Virus record (IMG/VR): IMGVR_UViG_2799112330_000002
Location: 96,001 to 160,000 of that record
DNA: 64,000 nucleotides
Direction: 5' to 3' (one strand)
Source of the DNA: a virus
Taxonomy: Duplodnaviria > Heunggongvirae > Uroviricota > Caudoviricetes
Position 1 is the first letter of the stretch; every line of letters begins with the position of its first letter. The notes beneath the pieces were generated by a model that had not been told where the DNA came from, did not search any database, and saw only the letters and a program-made list of their open reading frames with translations. Of the stretch, positions 50,557-59,232 are shown in pieces. The position numbers were made by a program, and so were the translations under genes.

Positions 50557-51471
50557 ATGAAGATAGCCGGAATTACAGTTGCTTACAATGAAGGTAATAT
50601 GGTGAAATATGTAATGCCATATTATGAGAAAATGGGTATTGATAAATTGATAGTCTATGACAATATGTCTACTGATGACATGTGTGAAAAACTTTCTAAA
50701 TATCCATTTGTGGAGATTCGTCATTTTGATACTAATGGGAAGTTTGATGACAGAAAGAATTCTGATCTCAAGGAAGAAGTGTCTTATGAATTACTTCAAG
50801 AAGGATATGATTGGGTATATACTGGAGACTTTGATGAAATAGTCTATTGTGAAGGTGATTTCAAGAAGGAACTTGAGAAAATTGAGGAATTAGGTGGAAC
50901 AGTACTTTGTAGAGACATGATCCAGCCATTCAATCCATTGCCTTATGACTTTGATGAGACAAAACTTATTCATGAACAATGTACTCATTTCCTTACATGG
51001 CATGACTGGTCAAGTACATGGGGTGGATCAAAGGTATTGTTGAGAAGTAAGAAAGTACCGAAGATAAAGTTGTCATTAGGTGCCCATGGAACAGGATTTC
51101 CAAAGAAGGGTATTGAGACAGATCCAGTATTGTTTGGCTATCCTTTCATCACATTCCATCTCAAATATGTTGACTTTACTGCATTAGAGCATAATTCTCA
51201 CGAAAAGCATGCAAGAATACAATGGAGATTAGATGTCCCAACATGTACAGCAGTAGATGCATCATTTACAAAACGTCTTTATTCTCGTACAATGGGTGAT
51301 GCTGGTATAAAGAATACTATAGATAAATTAATGAAGAAGACAAGTAAACTTAATATTGCTCCTGGTTGGGAATCATTCAAGGAATACTATGATAAAAACT
51401 ATAAGATGAATATGACTAAATTTAAAAATATTAAACACGTAAAAAGATTAGATTATGAACAGAACAGCTGA
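50557..51471 (+). CDS. GT-A (GT2-like) glycosyltransferase
   Basis: AYNE, IVYDNMSTD, WVYTGDFDE, HLKY. Confidence 0.8.
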   Translation: MKIAGITVAYNEGNMVKYVMPYYEKMGIDKLIVYDNMSTDDMCEKLSKYPFVEIRHFDTNGKFDDRKNSDLKEEVSYELLQEGYDWVYTGDFDEIVYCEGDFKKELEKIEELGGTVLCRDMIQPFNPLPYDFDETKLIHEQCTHFLTWHDWSSTWGGSKVLLRSKKVPKIKLSLGAHGTGFPKKGIETDPVLFGYPFITFHLKYVDFTALEHNSHEKHARIQWRLDVPTCTAVDASFTKRLYSRTMGDAGIKNTIDKLMKKTSKLNIAPGWESFKEYYDKNYKMNMTKFKNIKHVKRLDYEQNS

Positions 51472-52801
51472 AAAGAACATTTTGATCGGAAAAATTGGAA
51501 AATCAATTAAATTCAAGAACTTAGACATTAGAACGGGTGGTGATGCATGCATGATATTCTATTCATCAATTGCAAGAATGAATCCTGAATATAACTTCTA
51601 TTGGATTGGCCCAAACCAGATGAACAAGCTTAGTCAGGAGGAGTATGACTATATATTCCCTAACCATAACGTATTCTCTGCTTATGGATCAGATTATGAC
51701 AACCCTAATGCACATCCATTCCAGCCAATATTGGATTATTTCAAAAATAATGACATAAAGATTGACTTCGCTTTGCTTATGTCTGGAATGTGCTCAGGTC
51801 TCAATGTACCGAATTTCATGAAGAGTAAGAAGACTGGTGAATATGCTAAGATCTTGAATGCATTCAAAAACTATGTTGGTCCCTATATCTGGACACTTAA
51901 TGAAACAAATGTGCCTTTCTATCTTATTTCAGAGGATGCAAGATATATTACAACAAATGCTACTGATCTCTGTAACAGGGAAAGACTTATCTTTACACAA
52001 ACAAATGGTTATTTCAATCCTATTCCCCATATCACATCATTGACAGACTTCACATTGAAAGAAGATAGCTCAATCAAATGTATCTATGGATATGTTGAGA
52101 GAATATTTATGATGGGTCTTAGTCATGACTGGAAAGAGAAGATTGATATTGACAGGAAACTTCATTCTACTGGAAACAGACTTATTGTTATCTCAAATGG
52201 ATGTGGTCAGAAAGATATCAATAGAGCAAATGGCGGAAAGGGTTCAAGACTTCCTGAATACAAGAAATATATCATTGACAATCTTAAGAATACCGAATAT
52301 TCTGGTACAAAGATCTATGGACAGTGGGATGACAAGACATATGCTAAATATCCTGATACTGTCATTGACAAGCCACTTGTAGAACTTGAAGATGAAGTAG
52401 CAGATGCTCGTTATTCATTAGTATATTCTATCATGCCTGGGTTTGTTACTGTAAAAGCTTGGGAAATGATCATCAAGGGTCTTATCCCATTTATCCATCC
52501 CGATTATGACAAAGACAGACTTCTTGGACTTCCTGAATATTGTTATCTTAAGGATGAGAAAGACTTGTTGATAAAGATGAGAGAACTTGATGCTCATGAT
52601 GAATTATATCTACGCTTATTGAATAATTGCTTTAATTGCATATCAGAAGATGATCTCAATGGTAAGCGAATGAACAATTTCATATTCAACAAGATTGCAG
52701 AAGATCTGGGATTTGAGTATAAAGAGAAAGAAGGATGTGAATCTATTTTTGATCATTTCTCAAAGACTGTATTTGATCCTTCAAAAGTTATAAATAAATA
52801 G
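51455..52801 (+). CDS. GT-B-fold (beta-glucosyltransferase-like) putative DNA glycosyltransferase
   Basis: IGKIG...GGD N-terminus, EDAR, IYGQW, T.KAWEMI..GLIPF.HPDYD; position in the modification operon. Confidence 0.6.
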   Translation: MNRTAEKNILIGKIGKSIKFKNLDIRTGGDACMIFYSSIARMNPEYNFYWIGPNQMNKLSQEEYDYIFPNHNVFSAYGSDYDNPNAHPFQPILDYFKNNDIKIDFALLMSGMCSGLNVPNFMKSKKTGEYAKILNAFKNYVGPYIWTLNETNVPFYLISEDARYITTNATDLCNRERLIFTQTNGYFNPIPHITSLTDFTLKEDSSIKCIYGYVERIFMMGLSHDWKEKIDIDRKLHSTGNRLIVISNGCGQKDINRANGGKGSRLPEYKKYIIDNLKNTEYSGTKIYGQWDDKTYAKYPDTVIDKPLVELEDEVADARYSLVYSIMPGFVTVKAWEMIIKGLIPFIHPDYDKDRLLGLPEYCYLKDEKDLLIKMRELDAHDELYLRLLNNCFNCISEDDLNGKRMNNFIFNKIAEDLGFEYKEKEGCESIFDHFSKTVFDPSKVINK

Positions 52802-52810
52802 ACAATATAT

Positions 52811-53302
52811 ATGAACAAGATAATTGTAATTAGCGATATTGATGGTTGCTTGACAGATGGAGGACTTTATTATACTGCTGATGGCAAAGTAATGAAGAAG
52901 TTTGGAGTTGGTGATCATGAAGGAGTAAAGCTTTTACGAAAGAACAATATAGATATCCTGTTTATCACTGCCGATAAGACAGGATATCCTATTGTCAAAC
53001 GTAGAATAGATGATATGAAATGTGATCTTGTTGTTGTAAATGAAATAGAACGATTAGACTTCATTAAAGAATATGTGAAAGAATATGAACAAGTGGTATT
53101 CTTTGGAGATGGTCTTGGGGATGCTAATGTGAAGAGCAAAATCCCAGAAATATATTTCATAACTCCAAGAAACGCCAGAAATGAAGCTAAATATGTTTCT
53201 GACTATATCACCGAAAACAAAGGTAGTGAAGGAGCTTTCTTAGATCTTGCTATACATGTTTCTTGGAAAACAAATACATATTATAATAAACTATATGAAT
53301 AG
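52811..53302 (+). CDS. KdsC-like HAD phosphatase
   Basis: SDIDGCLTDG.LYY..DG..MKKF...D..G, FFGDGLGD, KG..GAF. Confidence 0.85.
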   Translation: MNKIIVISDIDGCLTDGGLYYTADGKVMKKFGVGDHEGVKLLRKNNIDILFITADKTGYPIVKRRIDDMKCDLVVVNEIERLDFIKEYVKEYEQVVFFGDGLGDANVKSKIPEIYFITPRNARNEAKYVSDYITENKGSEGAFLDLAIHVSWKTNTYYNKLYE

Positions 53303-54587
53303 ACAAATAAGATGGGCAGCAATACAACCGCTTACTGGAGGTATGTATCTTGGGGCTGAAGAAGCTATAGGAAATAAAGCCGAATGGATCATGTCATTCA
53401 AAGGATTAGATACTGTCAAATATTCAAAGACTGATCCAACACAAATGACATCTGTTGGCAATGAATATAACCTATTGAAATATCTAGAAAAGAAAGGGAG
53501 ATCTGTACCCTATTATGTCATTAATAGTCCAATGTTTGATATTGACATAAACAGTACAAATGTTGACATTACTTTAGATGGTGACAAGGCAACTCCTGAT
53601 TATAATGATATTGACATAATTGTTGGTGTTCCTGTTTGTTCAGGTCTTTCAATGGTCACAAGTGGTAGTGAAGAGACAAAGAAGCAGAGAAACTGCAATA
53701 TGCAATGGATGGCTAATTATACATTACAAGTAATAAGGCCAAAGGTATATATATTTGAGAATGCTCCAACATTGATGACAGAACGTGGTGAGTATCTAAG
53801 AGAATGGTTTAATGAATTAGCATCTTTGAATGGTTATTCTATTCTCTATTATAAGACAGATACTATTCTTCATAACAATCCGCAAAAACGTCCTCGTACA
53901 TTTGTCATTTTTGTAAAGCATAACAAGTATGAGGCACAACAAGATCCACCATTGTTTGATTGGGAAAAGAAACCTATATCATTAGAAGATTTTTTGAACA
54001 ATATACCAGAAGGACTTGAGCAAGATGTTCCTGTATCAACAAGCCCAAATAACTTCTATTTGAAAGACTTTATGAATGAAGAATATAATAATGACTGGAA
54101 GAAACTTATCAATGGATCCGTCATGAACTTCATCATCAAAGAAAAGAAATTAGACAAGTTGATTAAGCATACTGAAAATAATGACAAATATGGAGATGAG
54201 AACAAGGAGAAGACATTGAAATATTTCAATCATATTAAGAAGAAGAAAGAAATGGGATTGAATTTCTATGGTAATGATCTTGTATATTTCAAAGACAAAC
54301 TTCCTTCTGTTCAATTTAGAGCAATCCCTAATATGGTACATATAACAAAGGACAGAATATATACTATAAGAGAATATCTTACATTTATGGGAATGCCTTA
54401 TGACTTTATCTTATATGGAGACAAGTCTAATCTTCCAAAGATCGCTCAGAATGTTCCAGTAGGTACAGCAAAATTCATAGTTGAACAAGCAGTAAAGATC
54501 ATTGAGAACTGGGGACAAGAAAGAACAACAAATCATAATGCGTTATATCAAAACAATATAGAACAAAAGACAAGAAACGGGGATTAA
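53295..54587 (+). CDS. C5-cytosine DNA methyltransferase-like protein with atypical motif I
   Basis: PVCSGLS (motif IV), FENAP (VI), PQKRPRTF (VIII), IAQNVP (X); motif I reads IQPLTGG instead of FxGxGG. Confidence 0.75.
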   Translation: MNRQIRWAAIQPLTGGMYLGAEEAIGNKAEWIMSFKGLDTVKYSKTDPTQMTSVGNEYNLLKYLEKKGRSVPYYVINSPMFDIDINSTNVDITLDGDKATPDYNDIDIIVGVPVCSGLSMVTSGSEETKKQRNCNMQWMANYTLQVIRPKVYIFENAPTLMTERGEYLREWFNELASLNGYSILYYKTDTILHNNPQKRPRTFVIFVKHNKYEAQQDPPLFDWEKKPISLEDFLNNIPEGLEQDVPVSTSPNNFYLKDFMNEEYNNDWKKLINGSVMNFIIKEKKLDKLIKHTENNDKYGDENKEKTLKYFNHIKKKKEMGLNFYGNDLVYFKDKLPSVQFRAIPNMVHITKDRIYTIREYLTFMGMPYDFILYGDKSNLPKIAQNVPVGTAKFIVEQAVKIIENWGQERTTNHNALYQNNIEQKTRNGD

Positions 54588-54604
54588 TTTCCCTGTTTTT
54601 TTTT
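54574..54604 (+). terminator. Terminator of the modification operon
   Basis: aaacgggga-ttaatt-tccctgttt plus long T-run. Confidence 0.65.
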
Positions 54605-54615
54605 GTAAAATAATT

Positions 54616-54653
54616 GTGAATTTTTTCCGTAATGAACTATATTATATATGTAA
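54616..54653 (+). promoter_or_regulatory. Early-type promoter motif
   Basis: gtgaattttttccgtaatgaactatattatatatgtaa. Confidence 0.55.
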
Positions 54654-54675
54654 AAAATATTAAATATATATTATT

Positions 54676-54852
54676 ATGGAAAAAATTATCAATATTCTGA
54701 TTTCAAGAGACAACATGGAATATGAAGATGCCAGAGCTCTTGTTATTGAGACTAGGGATGAGATCATTTCAAATCCTGATTTAGCTGATGAGATCATTAT
54801 GGACTATCTTGGTCTGGAACCTGATTATCTTGAAGATCTATTGTTTTCTTAA
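54676..54852 (+). CDS. Small acidic protein (58 aa)
   Basis: MEKIINILISRD...DYLGLEPDYLEDLLFS; below the ORF-track cutoff. Confidence 0.65.
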   Translation: MEKIINILISRDNMEYEDARALVIETRDEIISNPDLADEIIMDYLGLEPDYLEDLLFS

Positions 54853-54865
54853 ATATATATAAGAT

Positions 54866-55555
54866 ATGAAGGCAGAAAATAAGATTATTGCTTTGTTTTT
54901 CTATGGTGCTATGGCTTACCAATTGTTCTATGTCAACAATACAGTAGCAGAAAACAAAACTAATGTTATTACAAGAGACCAGGTGTTCAATGAATTAACA
55001 ATGTTCAATGATGATGAACAACCAAAGAACATTGAACAAGTATCTTCTAAGAAAATTGTAAAGCATCATCCAAGAAAGAGATACAAGTTATCAAAGAAGG
55101 GAAAGAACTTCATTAAGAAACATGAGACTTGTGTACTTCATGCTTATAATGATCCAGACCCAAAACGTCGTTCAGTAGGTTGGGGACATCAGATTCAGCC
55201 AGGTGAGAACCTTGAACATATCACTAAAGCTAAAGCTGATGAGTTGTTTGAAAAAGATGTTGAATGGGTAAATGATGCAATCAACAGGCTTATTGCTCAA
55301 CAAGACAACAGGTTTACTTATTCACAAGGATTTATTGATGGTCTTGGTAGTCTTATCTACAACTGTGGAGAACGTGGAGTTACTTTGACAGAGTTCTGGG
55401 CAAGATGGAAGAAATGCCGTTATGATGCCAGCTCACCAGAATATATCAATAGGAATGACTGGAACTATACTATTGCAGCAGTAAAGACAAGCAGGATCTC
55501 AGCTCCCGGTCATGTAGAAAGAAGATATAATGAGCATATGCTAATGTTAGACTAA
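54866..55555 (+). CDS. Lysozyme (GH24-like) with N-terminal signal/anchor
   Basis: IKKHE..VLHAYND..R.SVGWGH, SLIYNCG, GHVERR..E. Confidence 0.75.
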   Translation: MKAENKIIALFFYGAMAYQLFYVNNTVAENKTNVITRDQVFNELTMFNDDEQPKNIEQVSSKKIVKHHPRKRYKLSKKGKNFIKKHETCVLHAYNDPDPKRRSVGWGHQIQPGENLEHITKAKADELFEKDVEWVNDAINRLIAQQDNRFTYSQGFIDGLGSLIYNCGERGVTLTEFWARWKKCRYDASSPEYINRNDWNYTIAAVKTSRISAPGHVERRYNEHMLMLD

Positions 55556-55707
55556 TAAAATGTTAATATAAGTTAAAAACTTTTATCAAATTTTGAATTA
55601 TTATTAAATAGTTGACTATATTATAAAAGAAATAATAAAATATATAAAGAGATTTTACTTTAAGAATTATTATTTTACAAATTTATTTAAACAAAAGACG
55701 TAGAAAG

Positions 55708-56760
55708 ATGAAGAAGTTTATTTTAAGTTTGATGCTGATGTTCAGCATGGTAATGGGTGTTTCCGCTCAGACCGCTATTGAGACACCCAAGTTTTTTGAC
55801 AATTGGTATGTTGGTGTAAATGCCGGCGCTACCACTAATTTAGAGTTCAATAAGGTTTTCCCAGTAAATGCAACTGTTGGTGCAGTACTTGGAAAAGAGT
55901 TTACTCCTGTATTTGGTGCACAGATTGAAGGTGTAACATGGCTTGGTGATGCTAATTTTGCTAATTCACATACTGCTTTCAAAGCAATTGATCTTTGTGT
56001 AAATGGAACAGTTAATTTTAGTAACTTGTTCTTTGGATATCTTGGAACACCTCGTAAGTTTGAAGTAAGTGGTGTAGCTGGTATCGGTTGGCTTCATATC
56101 TATGGTGACCACAATCTTGATGGCACTTATGGTCATGAAGACAATGATGAGTTTATAGCAAAGACTGCCGTAAATCTTGCTTGGAATCTTGGTAAGACAA
56201 GATCACATCAGTTATATGTACAGCCAGGTATCTATTGGAACTTGACAAATGGTCCTCGTGATTATGTACATTTCAATAGTAAGCATGCACAGGTTGGTGT
56301 ATCTGTTGGTTATGTCTACAAATTCAAGACAAGCAATGGAACACATAATTTCAAGACTTATGATGTAGGCATGATGCAGGATGAAATTTCAAGATTGAAT
56401 GATGCTCTTGCAGCTTGTGAGAATCGTCCTCCACGCGAAGTTACAAAGGAAGTTGCCGTAAGGGTTCCTGTACCTGCATTTGAGGTAATTGAGTTTGAGC
56501 TTGGTTCTTATGAATTGTTAGATGAGGCAAAGGCTAAGCTTGATAAGATTGATGAGCGAATGACTGTAGAAATTACAGCTACAGCTTCTCCTGATGGAAA
56601 AGAACAATTTAATAAAGAGTTGTCAGACAAACGTGCTCAGGCAGTAGCAGACTATCTTAAGGGTAGAGGAGTTACTGTAAAGAGTGCCGAAGGTCAGGGA
56701 GTCAAGTTGAACAGATTAGCTATAGTTACATTTGTTCGTCCTGAAAGACCACGTAGATAA
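55708..56760 (+). CDS. Bacteroidales-type OmpA family outer membrane protein
   Basis: Signal peptide (VSA/Q), FFDNWYVG beta-barrel, GKEFTPVFG, coiled linker, ASPDG..FN..LSDKRAQAV peptidoglycan-binding domain. Confidence 0.85.
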   Translation: MKKFILSLMLMFSMVMGVSAQTAIETPKFFDNWYVGVNAGATTNLEFNKVFPVNATVGAVLGKEFTPVFGAQIEGVTWLGDANFANSHTAFKAIDLCVNGTVNFSNLFFGYLGTPRKFEVSGVAGIGWLHIYGDHNLDGTYGHEDNDEFIAKTAVNLAWNLGKTRSHQLYVQPGIYWNLTNGPRDYVHFNSKHAQVGVSVGYVYKFKTSNGTHNFKTYDVGMMQDEISRLNDALAACENRPPREVTKEVAVRVPVPAFEVIEFELGSYELLDEAKAKLDKIDERMTVEITATASPDGKEQFNKELSDKRAQAVADYLKGRGVTVKSAEGQGVKLNRLAIVTFVRPERPRR

Positions 56761-56802
56761 CATCATTTGTTATATATTTTATATATTTTATTATACACAA
56801 AG

Positions 56803-56832
56803 AAAGAGTAGGATAACGTTATCCTACTCTTT
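56803..56832. terminator. Bidirectional terminator (perfect palindrome)
   Basis: aaagagtaggataacgttatcctactcttt. Confidence 0.75.
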
Positions 56833-56847
56833 GTTGATTATGTTTGA

Positions 56848-57243
56848 TTATAAATTTTCTTTATTTGTATATGAGAGTCCTGTTGTCTTGTCTTCAATGA
56901 TTTTCTTTAATATAAGATATAGTCCGTAAATATAGTCTTTAGTTTGATTAATATCTATATGTATAGTATCATCAATGAAGTCTATGAATATCTTTAAGTT
57001 TCCACCAAATATAGGGTTATTGTCTTTATTCATATTCATATAGTCTTCAATTGATTTCTGGTTAAACCCAGGTGTTTTCCTGAAATAGTCAACAACATCT
57101 ATAAATGATTTCTTTTCATCATCTTTCTTATTGAAATATGTATTAAGTTTCCAGAAGAAATTATCATCTATAGATTCTTCAATTTGTCTATGTCTTATAT
57201 ATTCATTATACTTTTTCATTTTTGTCTTCTTTATTGTCATCAT
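56848..57243 (-). CDS. Hypothetical protein, probable true start MKKYNEYI
   Basis: Capsid-targeting-like leader at the internal Met. Confidence 0.55.
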   Translation of the reverse strand: MMTIKKTKMKKYNEYIRHRQIEESIDDNFFWKLNTYFNKKDDEKKSFIDVVDYFRKTPGFNQKSIEDYMNMNKDNNPIFGGNLKIFIDFIDDTIHIDINQTKDYIYGLYLILKKIIEDKTTGLSYTNKENL

Positions 57244-57919
57244 ATTTGATTTCTTTAACAGCTACTGAACCAAATAACTTGTTTTCTTTTACAAAGTCAC
57301 AATCATTCAAAAGTTGATTATACAGTTCTTTATTTGCTTTCTCTTGACATTGTATTTTGACAAAATCTTTAGCTTTTAAGATATCTTTACTGTCTAAAAG
57401 AATTTCAACAACATTTTGGAGTTTTATAGATTTTTCATATTCGGTAATTATTTGAATCTTAAGTAAATCTAAGTCAAAATCATTCTTTCTACCTTTTATC
57501 AATGCAACAATATCTTTTATCTCTTCATCTTCATAGCATAGACCATAGTATAAATCATTTTTGTTATTTTCTTTTGTCACATAGTCTTCAATGAACTTAT
57601 AGAATCCAAGTTTATCATCTTCATTTGGAATGACACCTTGTGGAGCTATAATTTTCTTTATATGCTTTTGATCAATATACATCATTTTGCATTTGTTTAG
57701 ATCAAAATGCTTTTTAATATATTGCTTATATTTCTCTATACTATCTCCCTTAAATATCTTATCATATTCATCCGGATCATAACGGAATCTGTCATATTTC
57801 TTAGTTGATGGAGAAAAAAGATTATTAAACCATTCTTTTATAGCATCCCAAATCTTTCCTTCATGTATCTCATCATTGTATTCTAATTCTTCTAATAAAT
57901 ATTGTTGTAAAGTCTTCAT
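57206..57919 (-). CDS. Putative internal head protein, possible GNAT-like fold
   Basis: MKTLQQYLLE; EGKIWDAIKEWFNNLF. Confidence 0.55.
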   Translation of the reverse strand: MKTLQQYLLEELEYNDEIHEGKIWDAIKEWFNNLFSPSTKKYDRFRYDPDEYDKIFKGDSIEKYKQYIKKHFDLNKCKMMYIDQKHIKKIIAPQGVIPNEDDKLGFYKFIEDYVTKENNKNDLYYGLCYEDEEIKDIVALIKGRKNDFDLDLLKIQIITEYEKSIKLQNVVEILLDSKDILKAKDFVKIQCQEKANKELYNQLLNDCDFVKENKLFGSVAVKEIKYDDNKEDKNEKV

Positions 57920-58575
57920 TTAAAATTCTTAAAGAAAATATTTTTATTGTTGTTTTGAACTTTATAACCTAATAATGTAGTCATAGTCTTCTTTATTTCA
58001 GGCAAAGATAGAATATATTTAGCACCATTGAAATTTTTGTTCTTCATATTTGTTTCAAAGATACTATAGATATACTTTTCTACTGCTTCTTTGTTGTCAA
58101 TTGAATCAATCACTTCTACATTAAATACATTAACATAGTTTTCATCATTTTTTGTATCTTCATCAAACAATATTATACCTATATACTTCTTGTTGTCTGT
58201 CTTCTCATCCATTATATAGAAATATCTGTCTATCTTTATTGGATATTCAATTTTCTTCTTGTTGTCAGGAGATTCATGAACAAAATATTCATTCTTTTTA
58301 GATATCAACTTAGATGTAATAGGGAACCCAATATTCTCATCATTAATTATCTTCATTTCATTCTTATCTGCTAATGTGTCTGATAATTTTGATGGACTAT
58401 CAGGGCTTTTTATATTTTTGATATTCTTATTGTCTATTGTGAAAGTTACTTCATCGGGTGATAATTCTTGTTGTGATTTGAATAGATTCTTAAACCACTC
58501 AGATATCTTACCAAGTAATCCTTCATTAAGTGTTTCAATTTCTCTTTCTGTAATATATCTATTGAATGATTGCAT
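57916..58575 (-). CDS. Putative internal head protein, paralog of the previous gene
   Basis: MQSFNRYITE; EGLLGKISEWFKNLF. Confidence 0.55.
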   Translation of the reverse strand: MQSFNRYITEREIETLNEGLLGKISEWFKNLFKSQQELSPDEVTFTIDNKNIKNIKSPDSPSKLSDTLADKNEMKIINDENIGFPITSKLISKKNEYFVHESPDNKKKIEYPIKIDRYFYIMDEKTDNKKYIGIILFDEDTKNDENYVNVFNVEVIDSIDNKEAVEKYIYSIFETNMKNKNFNGAKYILSLPEIKKTMTTLLGYKVQNNNKNIFFKNFK

Positions 58576-58595
58576 AAAAAATACTATATTAATTA

Positions 58596-58655
58596 TATAA
58601 TTAAAAATAATTTTTTATGATGAATTATATCACTTTATGAACTATTTTATTATTA
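58596..58655. promoter_or_regulatory. Divergent promoters: late motif (-) at 58596..58610 and early-type motif (+) from 58620
   Basis: tataattaaaaataa; atgaattatatcactttatgaactatttta. Confidence 0.5.
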
Positions 58656-58681
58656 ACTAAAACATTAAATTATAGAATAAT

Positions 58682-58981
58682 ATGGAATGGATTAAACTTC
58701 ATTGGAAAGAGATTGTGATGGTAGTATTAGCTATATTTTGTTTGAATAAATGTACACAATCATGTTCAAGACAGAATGAACTTAATACACAGCAAATACA
58801 AATGTCACGACTTGATTCAATCAATACAGTAATGATAGATTCAATTGCAAAGCTTAATACAATAATAAAAGTATATGAAGAGAAAGTTTCAGGTCTAAAT
58901 CAGGCATTAAATATTCAAGATGAAGCCAATAAGAGACTTTCAGAAGCAAAAAAGAACATTAATGTAAATGTTAAGAAATAA
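58682..58981 (+). CDS. Membrane-anchored coiled-coil protein (spanin-like?)
   Basis: N-terminal TM followed by Cys residues and a coiled coil. Confidence 0.4.
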   Translation: MEWIKLHWKEIVMVVLAIFCLNKCTQSCSRQNELNTQQIQMSRLDSINTVMIDSIAKLNTIIKVYEEKVSGLNQALNIQDEANKRLSEAKKNINVNVKK

Positions 58982-59229
58982 TGAAAAAAGGAATAAAAAT
59001 ACCATTGATGAATTTGTGGTATGTAATATTGACATTAGTATTCATACTTGCAAAGAATAGTGGAATAATTGATTGGGGTCCATTATGGATATTGTCCCCT
59101 CTTTGGATCCCTTCAGCTATAGCATTATCTATTTGGGGTAGTGTAATGTTATTAAGGATATTACTAGAAATCATAGCATTTATTAATTCATTATATAGAA
59201 AATATTTGTCAAAGCATAAAATTAAATAA
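58981..59229 (+). CDS. Small membrane protein
   Basis: IIDWGPLWILSPLWIP motif and two TM segments. Confidence 0.6.
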   Translation: MKKGIKIPLMNLWYVILTLVFILAKNSGIIDWGPLWILSPLWIPSAIALSIWGSVMLLRILLEIIAFINSLYRKYLSKHKIK

Positions 59230-59232
59230 TTT

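Noticed and set aside
48174-53302. Host capsule/LPS locus contaminating the contig
   Set aside because: It is contiguous and overlapping with phage-type gp42-like and MTase-like genes, has the same codon style, and includes no transport or polymerase genes.
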